Program-made: the position numbers and the translations under genes
Notes under the pieces: model-generated
What the model saw: only the letters and a program-made list of their open reading frames with translations
The model's database searches: none
What the model was told of the DNA's origin: nothing
Assembly (NCBI RefSeq): GCF_016127575.1
Contig: NZ_CP066019.1
Location: 210,001-242,000 of the forward strand
DNA length: 32,000 bases
Direction: 5' to 3'
Origin: Cupriavidus necator
Lineage (GTDB): Bacteria; Pseudomonadota; Gammaproteobacteria; Burkholderiales; Burkholderiaceae
Shown here: positions 1-8,800 of the stretch, piece by piece
Numbering within the stretch: position 1 is the first letter of the stretch
How the letters are laid out: every line of letters begins with the position of its first letter

Positions 1-1
1 C

Positions 2-1180
2 CCGGGAGGGCTGGTGAACCAGCGCGACCTGGACCAGGGCATGGAGAACATGCGTCGTCTGCAGGGCCAGGCCGACGCCAGTATCGACCTGGTACCGGGA
101 GAGAAGCCAGGCGATACCGAGTTGGTCGTCAAGCCCGGCACCGGCAAGCGCTGGCATGCCCTGATCACGGGTGACAACGCCGGCCTGGACAACACCGGCA
201 AGTACCAGATGGGCGGCACGCTGACGGTGGATTCGCCGTTGTTCCTGTACGACAGCCTGACCATTTCCGGCAACACCAATGCCAACCTCGGCAACGGCGC
301 GGCCGGTGCGCGCTCGTCGGCCATCAACTACAGCATTCCGTTTGGCTACTGGAACGCCTTTTTCAACGCCAACCAGTCGAAATACCACCAGACCGTGGCG
401 GGCTTCGAGGGCGATATCGCCTACGGCGGGCGCAGCACACAGATCGAGGCGGGCCTGGGCTATGTGCCGTTTCGCAACGCCTCGGGCAAGACCAGCCTGT
501 ACGGCAAGGTGTTCCGCAAGACCGCCAGCACCACGCTGGACGGCATCGACATCGCCGTGCAGCGTCGGGATTTCGTCGGTTACGAGGTCGGTGCCTCGCA
601 TCGCCAGTACCTTGGCAACACGGTGCTGGATATCGGCGCGGCCTGGCGTGCATCCCTGCCCGCGCATTCCAAGACGCCCGGCTTCGTGCTGGGCGATCCG
701 GACTGGGGCGGCAAGTCTGAACTGCTGCTCGCCAACGCGGGCCTGATGGTGCCGTTCCAGGTCGCCGGGCAGCGCCTGCGCTACCAGGGCAACCTGCGCA
801 TGCAGTACGCGCACACCCGCATCCTGCCCTCCGACTATTTCGTTATCGGCAACCGCTACTCGGTGCGCGGCTTCGATGAGCAGCTGACGCTGGCCGCGGA
901 GAACGGCGTGACCTGGCGCAACGACGTGGCCTGGCAACTTGGCAATACTGGACAAGAAGCCTTTGTCGGCTTCGACGCCGGCCACGTCAGCGGCCCGTCT
1001 GCGGCATTCCTGGTCGGCCAGACCCTGATGGGCGCGGTGATCGGCGCGCGCGGGCGCTGGGCCATGGGCGGCTTTGCCGCGCTGACCTATGAGGTAACGC
1101 TCGGCTGGCCGGTCAGGAAGCCCGAGTTCTTCCGCACGCGCCAGCCCAATCTCGCTGCGCAGATCGGGGTGGAGTTCTGA
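2..1180 (+). CDS. Two-partner-secretion outer-membrane transporter (TpsB; ShlB/FhaC/HecB family), 5'-truncated by the window edge
   Basis: The reading frame is open from base 2, so the GTG at 14 in the track is probably internal. The translation NQRDLDQGMENMRRLQG...IDLVPGEKPGDTELVV is typical of the POTRA/barrel junction of ShlB-family proteins. The rest has alternating beta-strand character and a terminal aromatic residue (..QIGVEF), the usual OMP barrel signature. Confidence 0.8.
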   Translation, partial: PGGLVNQRDLDQGMENMRRLQGQADASIDLVPGEKPGDTELVVKPGTGKRWHALITGDNAGLDNTGKYQMGGTLTVDSPLFLYDSLTISGNTNANLGNGAAGARSSAINYSIPFGYWNAFFNANQSKYHQTVAGFEGDIAYGGRSTQIEAGLGYVPFRNASGKTSLYGKVFRKTASTTLDGIDIAVQRRDFVGYEVGASHRQYLGNTVLDIGAAWRASLPAHSKTPGFVLGDPDWGGKSELLLANAGLMVPFQVAGQRLRYQGNLRMQYAHTRILPSDYFVIGNRYSVRGFDEQLTLAAENGVTWRNDVAWQLGNTGQEAFVGFDAGHVSGPSAAFLVGQTLMGAVIGARGRWAMGGFAALTYEVTLGWPVRKPEFFRTRQPNLAAQIGVEF

Positions 1181-1263
1181 TCCGCCCGAACGGTGCGGAG
1201 TATCGACTTGCTGCTGTGACAGAGCATGAATGTAGTGTTGACCCAACTGAAGGAGAAGATCGC

Positions 1264-1944
1264 ATGAACAAAGTGACGGCCATATCCCTGGTCGCCGCGG
1301 CCGGGCTGCTCGCCATGCTCGGCGGCTGTGCCACCGAATCGTCCACGGCGCTGCCGGTGCAGAAAGTAGAGAGCGCCAGCCGTCCCTACGCCGGCGTCCG
1401 CACGCCGATTTCGGTCGGCAAGTTCGACAACCGTTCGAGCTACATGCGCGGCGTGTTCTCCGACGGCGTCGACCGGCTGGGCGGCCAGGCCAAGACCGTG
1501 CTGATCACGCACCTGCAGCAGACCAACCGCTTCAATGTGCTCGACCGCGACAACATGGACGAGATCAAGCGCGAGGCAGCCATCAAGAGCCAGGCTCAGC
1601 GCCTGAAGGGGGCCGACTACGTGATCACCGGCGACGTGACCGAGTTCGGCCGCAAGGAAACCGGCGACCAGCAGCTGTTCGGCATCCTGGGCCGCGGCAA
1701 GTCGCAGGTCGCGTATGCCAAGGTCGCGCTCAACGTGGTGAATATCGCGACCTCGGAAGTCGTGTTCACCGCCCAGGGTGCAGGCGAGTACGCGCTGTCG
1801 AGCCGGGAGGTAATCGGCTTTGGCGGCACGTCCAGCTATGACTCGACGCTCAACGGGAAGGTGCTGGACCTCGCCATGCGCGAAGCCGTGACCAACCTGG
1901 TCAGCGGCATCGAAAGCGGCGCCTGGAAGCCCGTCACCCCCTGA
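1264..1944 (+). CDS. CsgG-family (curli production/transport component-like) outer-membrane lipoprotein
   Basis: The ATG at 1264 is preceded by AAGGAGAAG (1250-1258), so the GTG at 1216 in the track is likely spurious. There is a signal peptide with lipobox MLGG-C. CsgG-like motifs are present (RTPISVGKFDN..., GADYVITGDVTEFG, LNVVNIATSEVV). Confidence 0.8.
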   Translation: MNKVTAISLVAAAGLLAMLGGCATESSTALPVQKVESASRPYAGVRTPISVGKFDNRSSYMRGVFSDGVDRLGGQAKTVLITHLQQTNRFNVLDRDNMDEIKREAAIKSQAQRLKGADYVITGDVTEFGRKETGDQQLFGILGRGKSQVAYAKVALNVVNIATSEVVFTAQGAGEYALSSREVIGFGGTSSYDSTLNGKVLDLAMREAVTNLVSGIESGAWKPVTP

Positions 1945-1971
1945 TTCCAAAAAAACAGCCAAGGAGAAATC

Positions 1972-2346
1972 GTGAAGACATTGTTCCGGCCGCAGCGCCT
2001 GGCGGTGCCTGCCCTGGTCGCAAGCGCATTGCTGGCGGGCTGCGCGGCTCCCGCCAAGCCCCTGTATCAGTGGGAAGGCTACCAGCCGCAGGTCTACCAG
2101 TACTTCAAGGGTGAACCGAAGCAAGCCCAGATCGAGGTGCTGGAGCGCGACTTGCAGAAAATCATGGCGGCCGGCAATACCCCGCCGCCCGGCTACCACG
2201 CGCACCTCGGCATGCTGTATGCCGATATCGGCAAGGATGACGAAATGGTCCGCGAATTCCAGACCGAGAAGGCGCTGTTTCCCGAGTCGGGAGCCTATGT
2301 GGACTTCCTGCTGAAGAACGTCAAAAGCAAGGGAGAGAAGAAATGA
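1972..2346 (+). CDS. Small lipoprotein, DUF4810-like
   Basis: GTG start preceded by AAGGAGAAA. Signal peptide with lipobox LLAG-C. The size (124 aa) and the PLYQWEGYQ...YH.HLGMLY pattern match my memory of the DUF4810 family, which accompanies CsgG-like and DUF799 genes. Confidence 0.6.
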   Translation: MKTLFRPQRLAVPALVASALLAGCAAPAKPLYQWEGYQPQVYQYFKGEPKQAQIEVLERDLQKIMAAGNTPPPGYHAHLGMLYADIGKDDEMVREFQTEKALFPESGAYVDFLLKNVKSKGEKK

Positions 2347-3002
2347 GCAAGCTGTTCCATCGCGTCCTGATGCTGCTGGGCGTCGCCACGCTGGCAGCCG
2401 GCTGTGCCGCGCCGACGAAGAACGTGGATTACGCCGCCTTCAAGGAAAGCCACCCCCGCTCGATCGTGGTGCTGCCGCCGCTGAACAACTCGCCGGACGT
2501 GAAGGCCACTTACGCCCTGCTGTCGCAGGCCACGCAGCCGCTGGCCGAATCCGGCTACTACGTGCTGCCGGTCGCGCTGGTTGACGAGACCTTTCGCCAG
2601 AACGGCCTGACGATACCGGGCGACATCCACGCGGTGGCACCCGCGAAGCTGCGCGAAATCTTCGGCGCGGACACCGCGCTGTACATCACCGTGACCGACT
2701 ATGGTCCGAAGTACCAGGTCGTCAGCAGCACCACCGTTGTCGCCGCCGAAGCAAAGCTCCTGGACCTGAGGACGGGCAAGACGCTCTGGACCGGACAGGC
2801 GTCGGCTGCCAACAATCAGTCGGGTAACGCTGGCGGTGGGTTGATCGGCGCGCTGATCGGCACGGCCATTGCACACGCAATCAGCAGCGTGTCGGATGCC
2901 GCCTATGGGGTGGCCGGCAGGACTAGCCAGCAACTGCTCTCGGCGGGTACGCCTGGCGGAATCCTGTATGGGCCGCGGTCGCCGAAGTACGGCACGGACT
3001 GA
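2343..3002 (+). CDS. Lipoprotein, DUF799 (GNA1162-like) family
   Basis: The ATG overlaps the upstream stop (ATGA at 2343-2346). Signal peptide with lipobox LAAG-C. The pattern HPRSIVVLPPLNNSPDVKA...GYYVLPV is characteristic of DUF799 lipoproteins. Confidence 0.65.
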   Translation: MSKLFHRVLMLLGVATLAAGCAAPTKNVDYAAFKESHPRSIVVLPPLNNSPDVKATYALLSQATQPLAESGYYVLPVALVDETFRQNGLTIPGDIHAVAPAKLREIFGADTALYITVTDYGPKYQVVSSTTVVAAEAKLLDLRTGKTLWTGQASAANNQSGNAGGGLIGALIGTAIAHAISSVSDAAYGVAGRTSQQLLSAGTPGGILYGPRSPKYGTD

Positions 3003-3083
3003 CTATTATGGCCCTGGTTTGTGAGAGGGCCGGCCTGCCGTAGTTCGCGCGGGCATCCCCCGATGCCCGCCCTCCGTCCCCCC

Positions 3084-3111
3084 TAAAGTCCTGCCCCTCA
3101 GGCGCCGTTAA
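3084..3111 (+). promoter_or_regulatory. Candidate sigma-28 (FliA)-type promoter upstream of flhB: TAAAGTCC-N12-GCCGTTAA
   Basis: TAAA lies at 3084-3087, then 16 nt, then GCCGTTAA at 3104-3111. The enteric consensus is TAAA-N15-GCCGATAA. The extended motif CCTAAAGTCC(Y)GCCCC is shared with the flgK promoter candidate at 20317. The site is about 128 nt upstream of the flhB ATG. Confidence 0.45.
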
Positions 3112-3238
3112 CGCTACCAGGCCCCCGATTTCCCAAACAACACCCAATTCCCCCGCCTTTTCCCATGAATGGGAAGGCTGTCCCGCTTCGATAATCCCTG
3201 CTGACGAATAGCGGCCTGCCGCTTCGCACGGAGCATGG

Positions 3239-4381
3239 ATGTCCGAAGAAAGCGACCTCGAGAAAACCGAACCCGCCTCACCCCGGCGCCTGGAAAAGGC
3301 GCGCGAGGAGGGGCAGGTAGTGCGTTCGCGCGAGCTCGCCACGTTCGTCATGCTGATCGCCGGCGTGACCGGCCTGTGGACGCTGGGCGGCCATCTGGGC
3401 CGCAGCCTGAACCAGGTGATGCAGGGGGCGCTGCGCTTCGAGCCGGCAACGGCGTTCGATACCTCGCGCATGCTGTCGCGCTTTGCCATGATGGTGTGGG
3501 ACAGCCTGCTGGCCTTCCTGCCGCTGCTGTTCCTGTTCGGCGTTGCGGCGCTGGCGGCGCCGTTGCTGCTGGGGGGCTGGGTGTTCTCGGGCAAGTCCTT
3601 CGCGCCGCAGTTCTCGCGCCTGTCGCCGCTGGCGGGGCTGGGCCGGATGTTCTCCGCGCATTCGCTGGTGGAGCTGCTCAAGGCCGTGGCCAAGTCGCTG
3701 CTGGTGGGCAGCGTGGGCGCCTGGGTGCTGTGGCGGCGCCTGCCCGAGGCCATCGCGCTGATGAATGCGCCGGTGCAGGAAGCGCTGCTGCACATGGTCG
3801 ACCTGGTCATGTATTGCTGCCTGGTGGTGTCGCTGTCGCTGCTGGTGGTGGCGGCCATCGACGTGCCGTGGCAGTACTGGGAGTTCTTCAAGAAGCTGCG
3901 CATGACCAAGGAAGAGGTCAAGCAGGAATTCAAGGAAAGCGAGGGCGACCCGCATATCAAGGGCCGCATCCGCCAGCAGCAGCGCGCCATGGCGCGCCGC
4001 CGCATGATGACCGAGGTGCCCAAGGCCGACGTGGTGGTGACCAACCCCACCCACTTTGCCGTGGCGCTGCGCTATGAGGAGGGGCGCATGGGCGCGCCGC
4101 GCGTGGTGGCCAAGGGCACCGGCGATATTGCCGCCCGCATCCGCGAGCTGGCTGCAGAGCACCGCGTGCCGCTGATGTCGGCCCCGCCGCTGGCGCGTGC
4201 GCTGCACCGCCACGTGGAGCTGGGCCAGGAAATCCCCGCCGGACTGTATACCGCCGTGGCCGAAGTGCTGGCCTGGGTCTATCAACTGAAGCACTGGCAT
4301 TACTCGCAGGGCCCGCAGCCGCAGGCACCCGCGGACCTGCCGGTGCCCGATGAACTCGCCGTACCGGAAATGCGCGAATGA
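3239..4381 (+). CDS. flhB: Flagellar type III export apparatus switch protein FlhB
   Basis: N-terminus MSEESDLEKTEPASPRRLEKAREEGQV.RSREL, four predicted TM segments, and the autocleavage motif VVVTNPTHFAVAL. A GGAG lies 6 nt upstream of the ATG. Confidence 0.97.
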   Translation: MSEESDLEKTEPASPRRLEKAREEGQVVRSRELATFVMLIAGVTGLWTLGGHLGRSLNQVMQGALRFEPATAFDTSRMLSRFAMMVWDSLLAFLPLLFLFGVAALAAPLLLGGWVFSGKSFAPQFSRLSPLAGLGRMFSAHSLVELLKAVAKSLLVGSVGAWVLWRRLPEAIALMNAPVQEALLHMVDLVMYCCLVVSLSLLVVAAIDVPWQYWEFFKKLRMTKEEVKQEFKESEGDPHIKGRIRQQQRAMARRRMMTEVPKADVVVTNPTHFAVALRYEEGRMGAPRVVAKGTGDIAARIRELAAEHRVPLMSAPPLARALHRHVELGQEIPAGLYTAVAEVLAWVYQLKHWHYSQGPQPQAPADLPVPDELAVPEMRE

Positions 4382-6459
4382 ACGCTCTGAGCAACCTGTT
4401 CAACCTGCCCGGCCTGCGCTCCGCCGGCCAGCTCAAGGCCATGACCGGGCCGCTGCTGATCATCATGATCCTGGGGATGATGATCCTGCCGCTGCCGGCC
4501 TTCGTGCTGGACCTGCTGTTCACCTTCAATATCGCGCTGGCGATCATGGTGCTGCTGGTCAGCATGTACACGCAGAAGCCGCTGGACTTTGCCGCCTTCC
4601 CGGCGGTGCTGCTGTTCACCACGCTGCTGCGCCTGTCGCTGAACGTGGCCTCCACGCGCGTGGTGCTGCTCGAAGGCCATACCGGCCCGGACGCCGCGGG
4701 CAAGGTGGTGGAGGCCTTCGGCCACTTCCTGGTAGGGGGCAACTTCGCGGTCGGCATCGTGGTGTTCGCGATCCTGGTGGTGATCAACTTCATGGTGATC
4801 ACCAAGGGTGCGGGGCGTATCGCCGAAGTCGGCGCGCGCTTCATGCTGGATTCGATGCCCGGCAAGCAGATGTCGATCGATGCCGACCTGAACGCCGGCC
4901 TGATCGACGAGGCCGCCGCCAAGAAGCGCCGCGCCGAAGTGGCGCAGGAATCCGACTTCTACGGCGCGATGGACGGCGCCAGCAAGTTCGTGCGCGGCGA
5001 TGCCGTGGCGGGCCTGCTGATCATGTTCATCAACGTTGCCGCCGGCATGGTGGTGGGCATGGTGCAGCACGACCTGGACTTCGGCACCGCCGTGCACAAC
5101 TACACGCTGCTGACCATCGGCGACGGCCTGGTGGCGCAGATCCCGGCGCTGGTGATCTCCACCGCCGCCGGCGTGATCGTGTCGCGCGTGTCGAACGAGC
5201 AGGACGTGGGCGAGCAGCTCACCGGCCAGCTCTTTGCCAACCCGCGCGTGCTGTACCTGACCGCGGGCATCATCGGCCTGATGGGCATCATCCCGGGCAT
5301 GCCGCATTTTGCCTTCCTGCTGCTGGCGGGCGCGCTGGTGTGGATGGGCCGTTATATGTCGCGCCGCGCCGCCACGCAGGAGCAGGTCAAGCAGCGCGAG
5401 GAGCGCACCCCGGCGGTGGCGCAGGAATCCACTGAAGCGAGCTGGGACGACGTCACGCTGGTCGACCCGCTCGGCATGGAAGTGGGCTACCGCCTGATCA
5501 CGCTGGTGGACCGCGCGCAGGACGGCGAGCTGCTGGGCCGCATCAAGAGCATCCGCAAGAAGGTGGCGCAGGAGATCGGTTTCCTGGTGCCGGTGGTGCA
5601 TATCCGCGACAACCTGGAGCTCAAGCCCAACGCCTACCGCATCACGCTCAAGGGCGTGGAGATCGGCCGCGGCGAAGCCATGCCGGGCCAGTGGATGGCG
5701 ATCAACCCCGGGCAGGTCAGCGGCACGCTGCCTGGCGCGGCCACGCGCGATCCTGCCTTCGGCCTGCCGGCGGTATGGATCGACGCGGGCATCAAGGAGC
5801 AGGCGCAGTCCTACGGCTATACCGTGGTCGATGCCAGCACCGTGGTGGCCACGCACCTGAACCACCTGATCCACATGCACGCCGCCGAGCTGCTAGGCCG
5901 CCAGGAAGTGCAGGCGCTGCTGGACCGCATCGCCAAGGACTCGCCCAAGCTGACCGAAGACCTGGTGCCGAAGGCCATTTCGCTGACCGCGCTGCAGAAG
6001 ATCCTGCAGAACCTGCTGGACGAAGGCGTTCCCATCCGCGACATGCGCACCATCCTGGATGTGGTGGCCGAGCATGCGCCCAAGATCAGCGACCCGAACG
6101 AGCTGACCGCGATGGTGCGCGTGGCGCTGGGCCGCGCGATCACGCAGCAGCTGTTCCCGAACAACGCCGACCTGCAGGTGATCGGCCTCGATGCCGGCCT
6201 GGAGCGCGTGCTGTCGCAGGCGCTGACCAATGGCGGCGGGATCGAGCCGGGCCTGGCCGATGCGTTGCTGCAGCAGACCCAGGGCGCGGTCACGCGCCAG
6301 GAGCAGCTGGGCATGGACCCGGTGCTGCTGGTGCCGTCGCAGCTGCGCCCGCTGATGGCGCGCTTCCTGCGGCGCACCATGCCGCAGCTGAGGGTGCTGT
6401 CGCATGCCGAGGTGCCGGACAACCGCAATATCCGCATCACCGCCATGATCGGCGCGTGA
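4378..6459 (+). CDS. flhA: Flagellar type III export gate protein FlhA
   Basis: ATGA overlap with flhB. The 693-aa product has a TM-rich N-terminal half, the FHIPEP motifs (ITKGAGRIAEVGARFMLDSMPGKQMSIDADL) and a cytoplasmic C-terminal domain. Confidence 0.97.
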   Translation: MNALSNLFNLPGLRSAGQLKAMTGPLLIIMILGMMILPLPAFVLDLLFTFNIALAIMVLLVSMYTQKPLDFAAFPAVLLFTTLLRLSLNVASTRVVLLEGHTGPDAAGKVVEAFGHFLVGGNFAVGIVVFAILVVINFMVITKGAGRIAEVGARFMLDSMPGKQMSIDADLNAGLIDEAAAKKRRAEVAQESDFYGAMDGASKFVRGDAVAGLLIMFINVAAGMVVGMVQHDLDFGTAVHNYTLLTIGDGLVAQIPALVISTAAGVIVSRVSNEQDVGEQLTGQLFANPRVLYLTAGIIGLMGIIPGMPHFAFLLLAGALVWMGRYMSRRAATQEQVKQREERTPAVAQESTEASWDDVTLVDPLGMEVGYRLITLVDRAQDGELLGRIKSIRKKVAQEIGFLVPVVHIRDNLELKPNAYRITLKGVEIGRGEAMPGQWMAINPGQVSGTLPGAATRDPAFGLPAVWIDAGIKEQAQSYGYTVVDASTVVATHLNHLIHMHAAELLGRQEVQALLDRIAKDSPKLTEDLVPKAISLTALQKILQNLLDEGVPIRDMRTILDVVAEHAPKISDPNELTAMVRVALGRAITQQLFPNNADLQVIGLDAGLERVLSQALTNGGGIEPGLADALLQQTQGAVTRQEQLGMDPVLLVPSQLRPLMARFLRRTMPQLRVLSHAEVPDNRNIRITAMIGA

Positions 6460-6469
6460 GGAGTCATAG

Positions 6470-8800
6470 ATGAGCGTAGCCAAGTTTGTCGCGGCCAACG
6501 GCCGCGAAGCCATGCGCCAGGTGCGCGAAGCCATGGGCCCGGACGCCGTGGTGCTGTCCAACCGCACCGTCGAGGGCGGCGTGGAGATCGTCGCCATGCG
6601 CGATGCGGATCTGGGCAGCGTGCAGGCCACGGCGCAGGTCTACGTGCCGCCCGCGCCGGTGGCCGAGCCCACCGCCATCGGCGACCTGCGCGGTGAGCTG
6701 CAATCGATGCGCGCAATGCTGGAGCGCCAGCTGGCCGGGATCAGCCCTGCCCAAAGCGCGGTTCCAAGCGCGGCAGCGCACGGCGTGGCCGCCAGCGACC
6801 CGCTGCGCGAATCCCTGTTTGAATGGATGGTCGGCGCCGGCTTCTCCGGGCAGCTGGCGCGCACGCTGCTGGCGCGGCTGCCGCTGGGCTACGACCGCCC
6901 CGCGGCCATGGGCTGGATCCGCACCGAACTGGCCAGCAAGCTGCCGGTGCTGGGCGATGAGGACAGCCTGTTCGCGCAAGGCGGCGTGCTGGCGCTGGTT
7001 GGCCCCACCGGCGTAGGCAAGACCACCACCACGGCCAAGCTGGCGGCGCGCTTCGTGCTGCGCCACGGCGCCGACAAGCTGGCGCTGCTGACCACCGACA
7101 GCTTCCGTATCGGCGCGCACGAACAGCTGCGCATCTACGGCGACATCCTGGGCGTGCCGGTGCATGCGGTAAAGGATGCCGCCGACCTGCGCTTCGCGCT
7201 GGCGGCGATGAAGGACAAGCACCTGGTGATCATCGACACCGTCGGCATGAGCCAGCGCGACCGCAGCCTGTCGGAACAGATCGCGATGCTGGCCGGCGTG
7301 CCGGCGCCGGTGCAGCGCGTGCTGCTGCTCAACGGCGCCAGCCACGGCGATACCCTCAATGAAGTGGTGCATGCCTACCGTCATGACGCCGCGCCGGATG
7401 GGGGCGGCATCGACGGCTGCATCATCAGCAAGCTGGATGAGGCCACCCACCTGGGCTCGGTGCTGGACGTGGTGATCCGCCACCGCCTGCCGGTGTTCTA
7501 CGCCTCCACCGGCCAGCGCGTGCCCGAGCACCTTGAGCTGGCCAACAGCACCGCGCTGGTGGAGCGCGCCTTCCTGACGCCGCGCCGCGGTTCGGTATTT
7601 GCCGATGCGGACGCCGCACGCCGGCGCAGCGCCGGCACCGATGACGAGGCCCCCGCGCGTGGCGGTGCCGACGAGGTGCTGCGCTCGCTGACCGACAGCG
7701 CCGACGCGCTGAGCCAGTGCGTGGCGGAACTCAATGGCGCGGGCCTGGGTCTGGACCTGGCGCGCTCGCTGTGGCAACAGCGCAGCGCCGGCGCCCCGGC
7801 CCTGCGCGCGATGTCGCAGCAGGTGCGCGAAGCGGTCTGCCGCGACGTGACCCGCCAGTGCGAGCAGTACGTGCTGGCCAGCGCCGCCACGCTGCAAGTG
7901 GCCGTGCCCGGCCGCCGCACGCCGCAGCCGATGCAGCACACGCTGTGGCTCGCCGACCGCGACGGCATGCCGCTGGCCGCCACCGTGACCCCGACCGGCC
8001 GTGCCGGCCAGCCGTTGGGCGAGGCCGAGTCCGATGCCGCCAGCCTGCGCGCCGCCATGAGCGCCGCGCGCAAGGTGGTCAACCTGATCGATGCCGTACC
8101 GACCGCCGCCACGCTGGCACGCTGGCAGCAGGCCGGCGAGCGCTGGGTGGCCAGCGCGCGCAAGACCGCGCGCGTGGTCAGCGCCGGCGCCGCCTGGAAG
8201 CTCGATGCGCTGGCCGACACGCTGACCTTCCACGCCGTGGGCGAGGACACCGTGCGCGAGCGTGAAGCCGTGCGCTGGCTGGCCAGCGCCGAAGTGCGCG
8301 TGCCGGACAGCCCGGTGCGCGGCAAGGGCACGCCCGAAGGCGGCATCGATGCCTGCCTGGTGGTGGCCCGCCTGGCCGACCGCGCCACCGGCGAACTGCT
8401 GGATACCCGTTACCTGCTGTGCGACCCGGCGCTGGCGCAAGATGCCGCGCAGGTGGCGCGCTGGGCCTTGTGGACCGACGCAGCCGATGCGCGCCTGCGC
8501 ACGCTGCGCCACGCCATCGACCACTTCGCCCAGGACGCCGAAAGCGGCCACGCCGCCGGCGCCGCGCTGGCCGCACTGCAGTTGGGCCTGGCGGTGCTGC
8601 GCCTGGAACACGCGCCGACCGCGGCCGCGCCCGCCTTCCTCGCGCGCCTGGCTGGCCGCACGGTGCGCCAGGGCGTGCCGGTGCCGGGCACGGTGCTCAA
8701 TGAAGGCATGGGCCGCATGCTGGCATTGCTCGACGTGCTGGAAAACTATCCGGGCCGCGGCACCGCCGTGCCCGCTGAAGCGATGGAGGTGTTGCAGTGA
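6470..8800 (+). CDS. flhF: Flagellar SRP-type GTPase FlhF with a long C-terminal extension
   Basis: N-terminus MSVAKFVAANGREAMRQVREAMGPDAVVLSNR (B domain). P-loop GPTGVGKTTT is at aa 178-187 (begins nt 7001), followed by DTVGMS and ISKLDE (G4). The NG domain ends near aa 369. The frame stays open, with coding-like GC3, for about 405 more codons (7577-8797). Confidence 0.9.
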   Translation: MSVAKFVAANGREAMRQVREAMGPDAVVLSNRTVEGGVEIVAMRDADLGSVQATAQVYVPPAPVAEPTAIGDLRGELQSMRAMLERQLAGISPAQSAVPSAAAHGVAASDPLRESLFEWMVGAGFSGQLARTLLARLPLGYDRPAAMGWIRTELASKLPVLGDEDSLFAQGGVLALVGPTGVGKTTTTAKLAARFVLRHGADKLALLTTDSFRIGAHEQLRIYGDILGVPVHAVKDAADLRFALAAMKDKHLVIIDTVGMSQRDRSLSEQIAMLAGVPAPVQRVLLLNGASHGDTLNEVVHAYRHDAAPDGGGIDGCIISKLDEATHLGSVLDVVIRHRLPVFYASTGQRVPEHLELANSTALVERAFLTPRRGSVFADADAARRRSAGTDDEAPARGGADEVLRSLTDSADALSQCVAELNGAGLGLDLARSLWQQRSAGAPALRAMSQQVREAVCRDVTRQCEQYVLASAATLQVAVPGRRTPQPMQHTLWLADRDGMPLAATVTPTGRAGQPLGEAESDAASLRAAMSAARKVVNLIDAVPTAATLARWQQAGERWVASARKTARVVSAGAAWKLDALADTLTFHAVGEDTVREREAVRWLASAEVRVPDSPVRGKGTPEGGIDACLVVARLADRATGELLDTRYLLCDPALAQDAAQVARWALWTDAADARLRTLRHAIDHFAQDAESGHAAGAALAALQLGLAVLRLEHAPTAAAPAFLARLAGRTVRQGVPVPGTVLNEGMGRMLALLDVLENYPGRGTAVPAEAMEVLQ

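Noticed and set aside
843-850. TTATCGGC (GCCGATAA on the minus strand) inside the TpsB gene
   Set aside because: No TAAA lies at the proper distance, and the site is inside a CDS on the opposite strand, so it is a chance match.
4300-5880. 526-aa minus-strand ORF antisense to flhA, with several nested plus-strand alternative-frame ORFs (for example 4350-5435)
   Set aside because: Same reasoning. FlhA in the +1 frame is unambiguous, and the alternative frames give Arg/Gly/Pro/His-rich nonsense.
6464-8611. 715-aa ORF on the minus strand, antisense to flhF
   Set aside because: Its translation is low-complexity and rich in Ala/Gly/Arg/His/Gln, with no recognisable motif. The opposite strand encodes a clearly recognisable FlhF. 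Long antisense ORFs are expected in high-GC DNA because stop codons are depleted.
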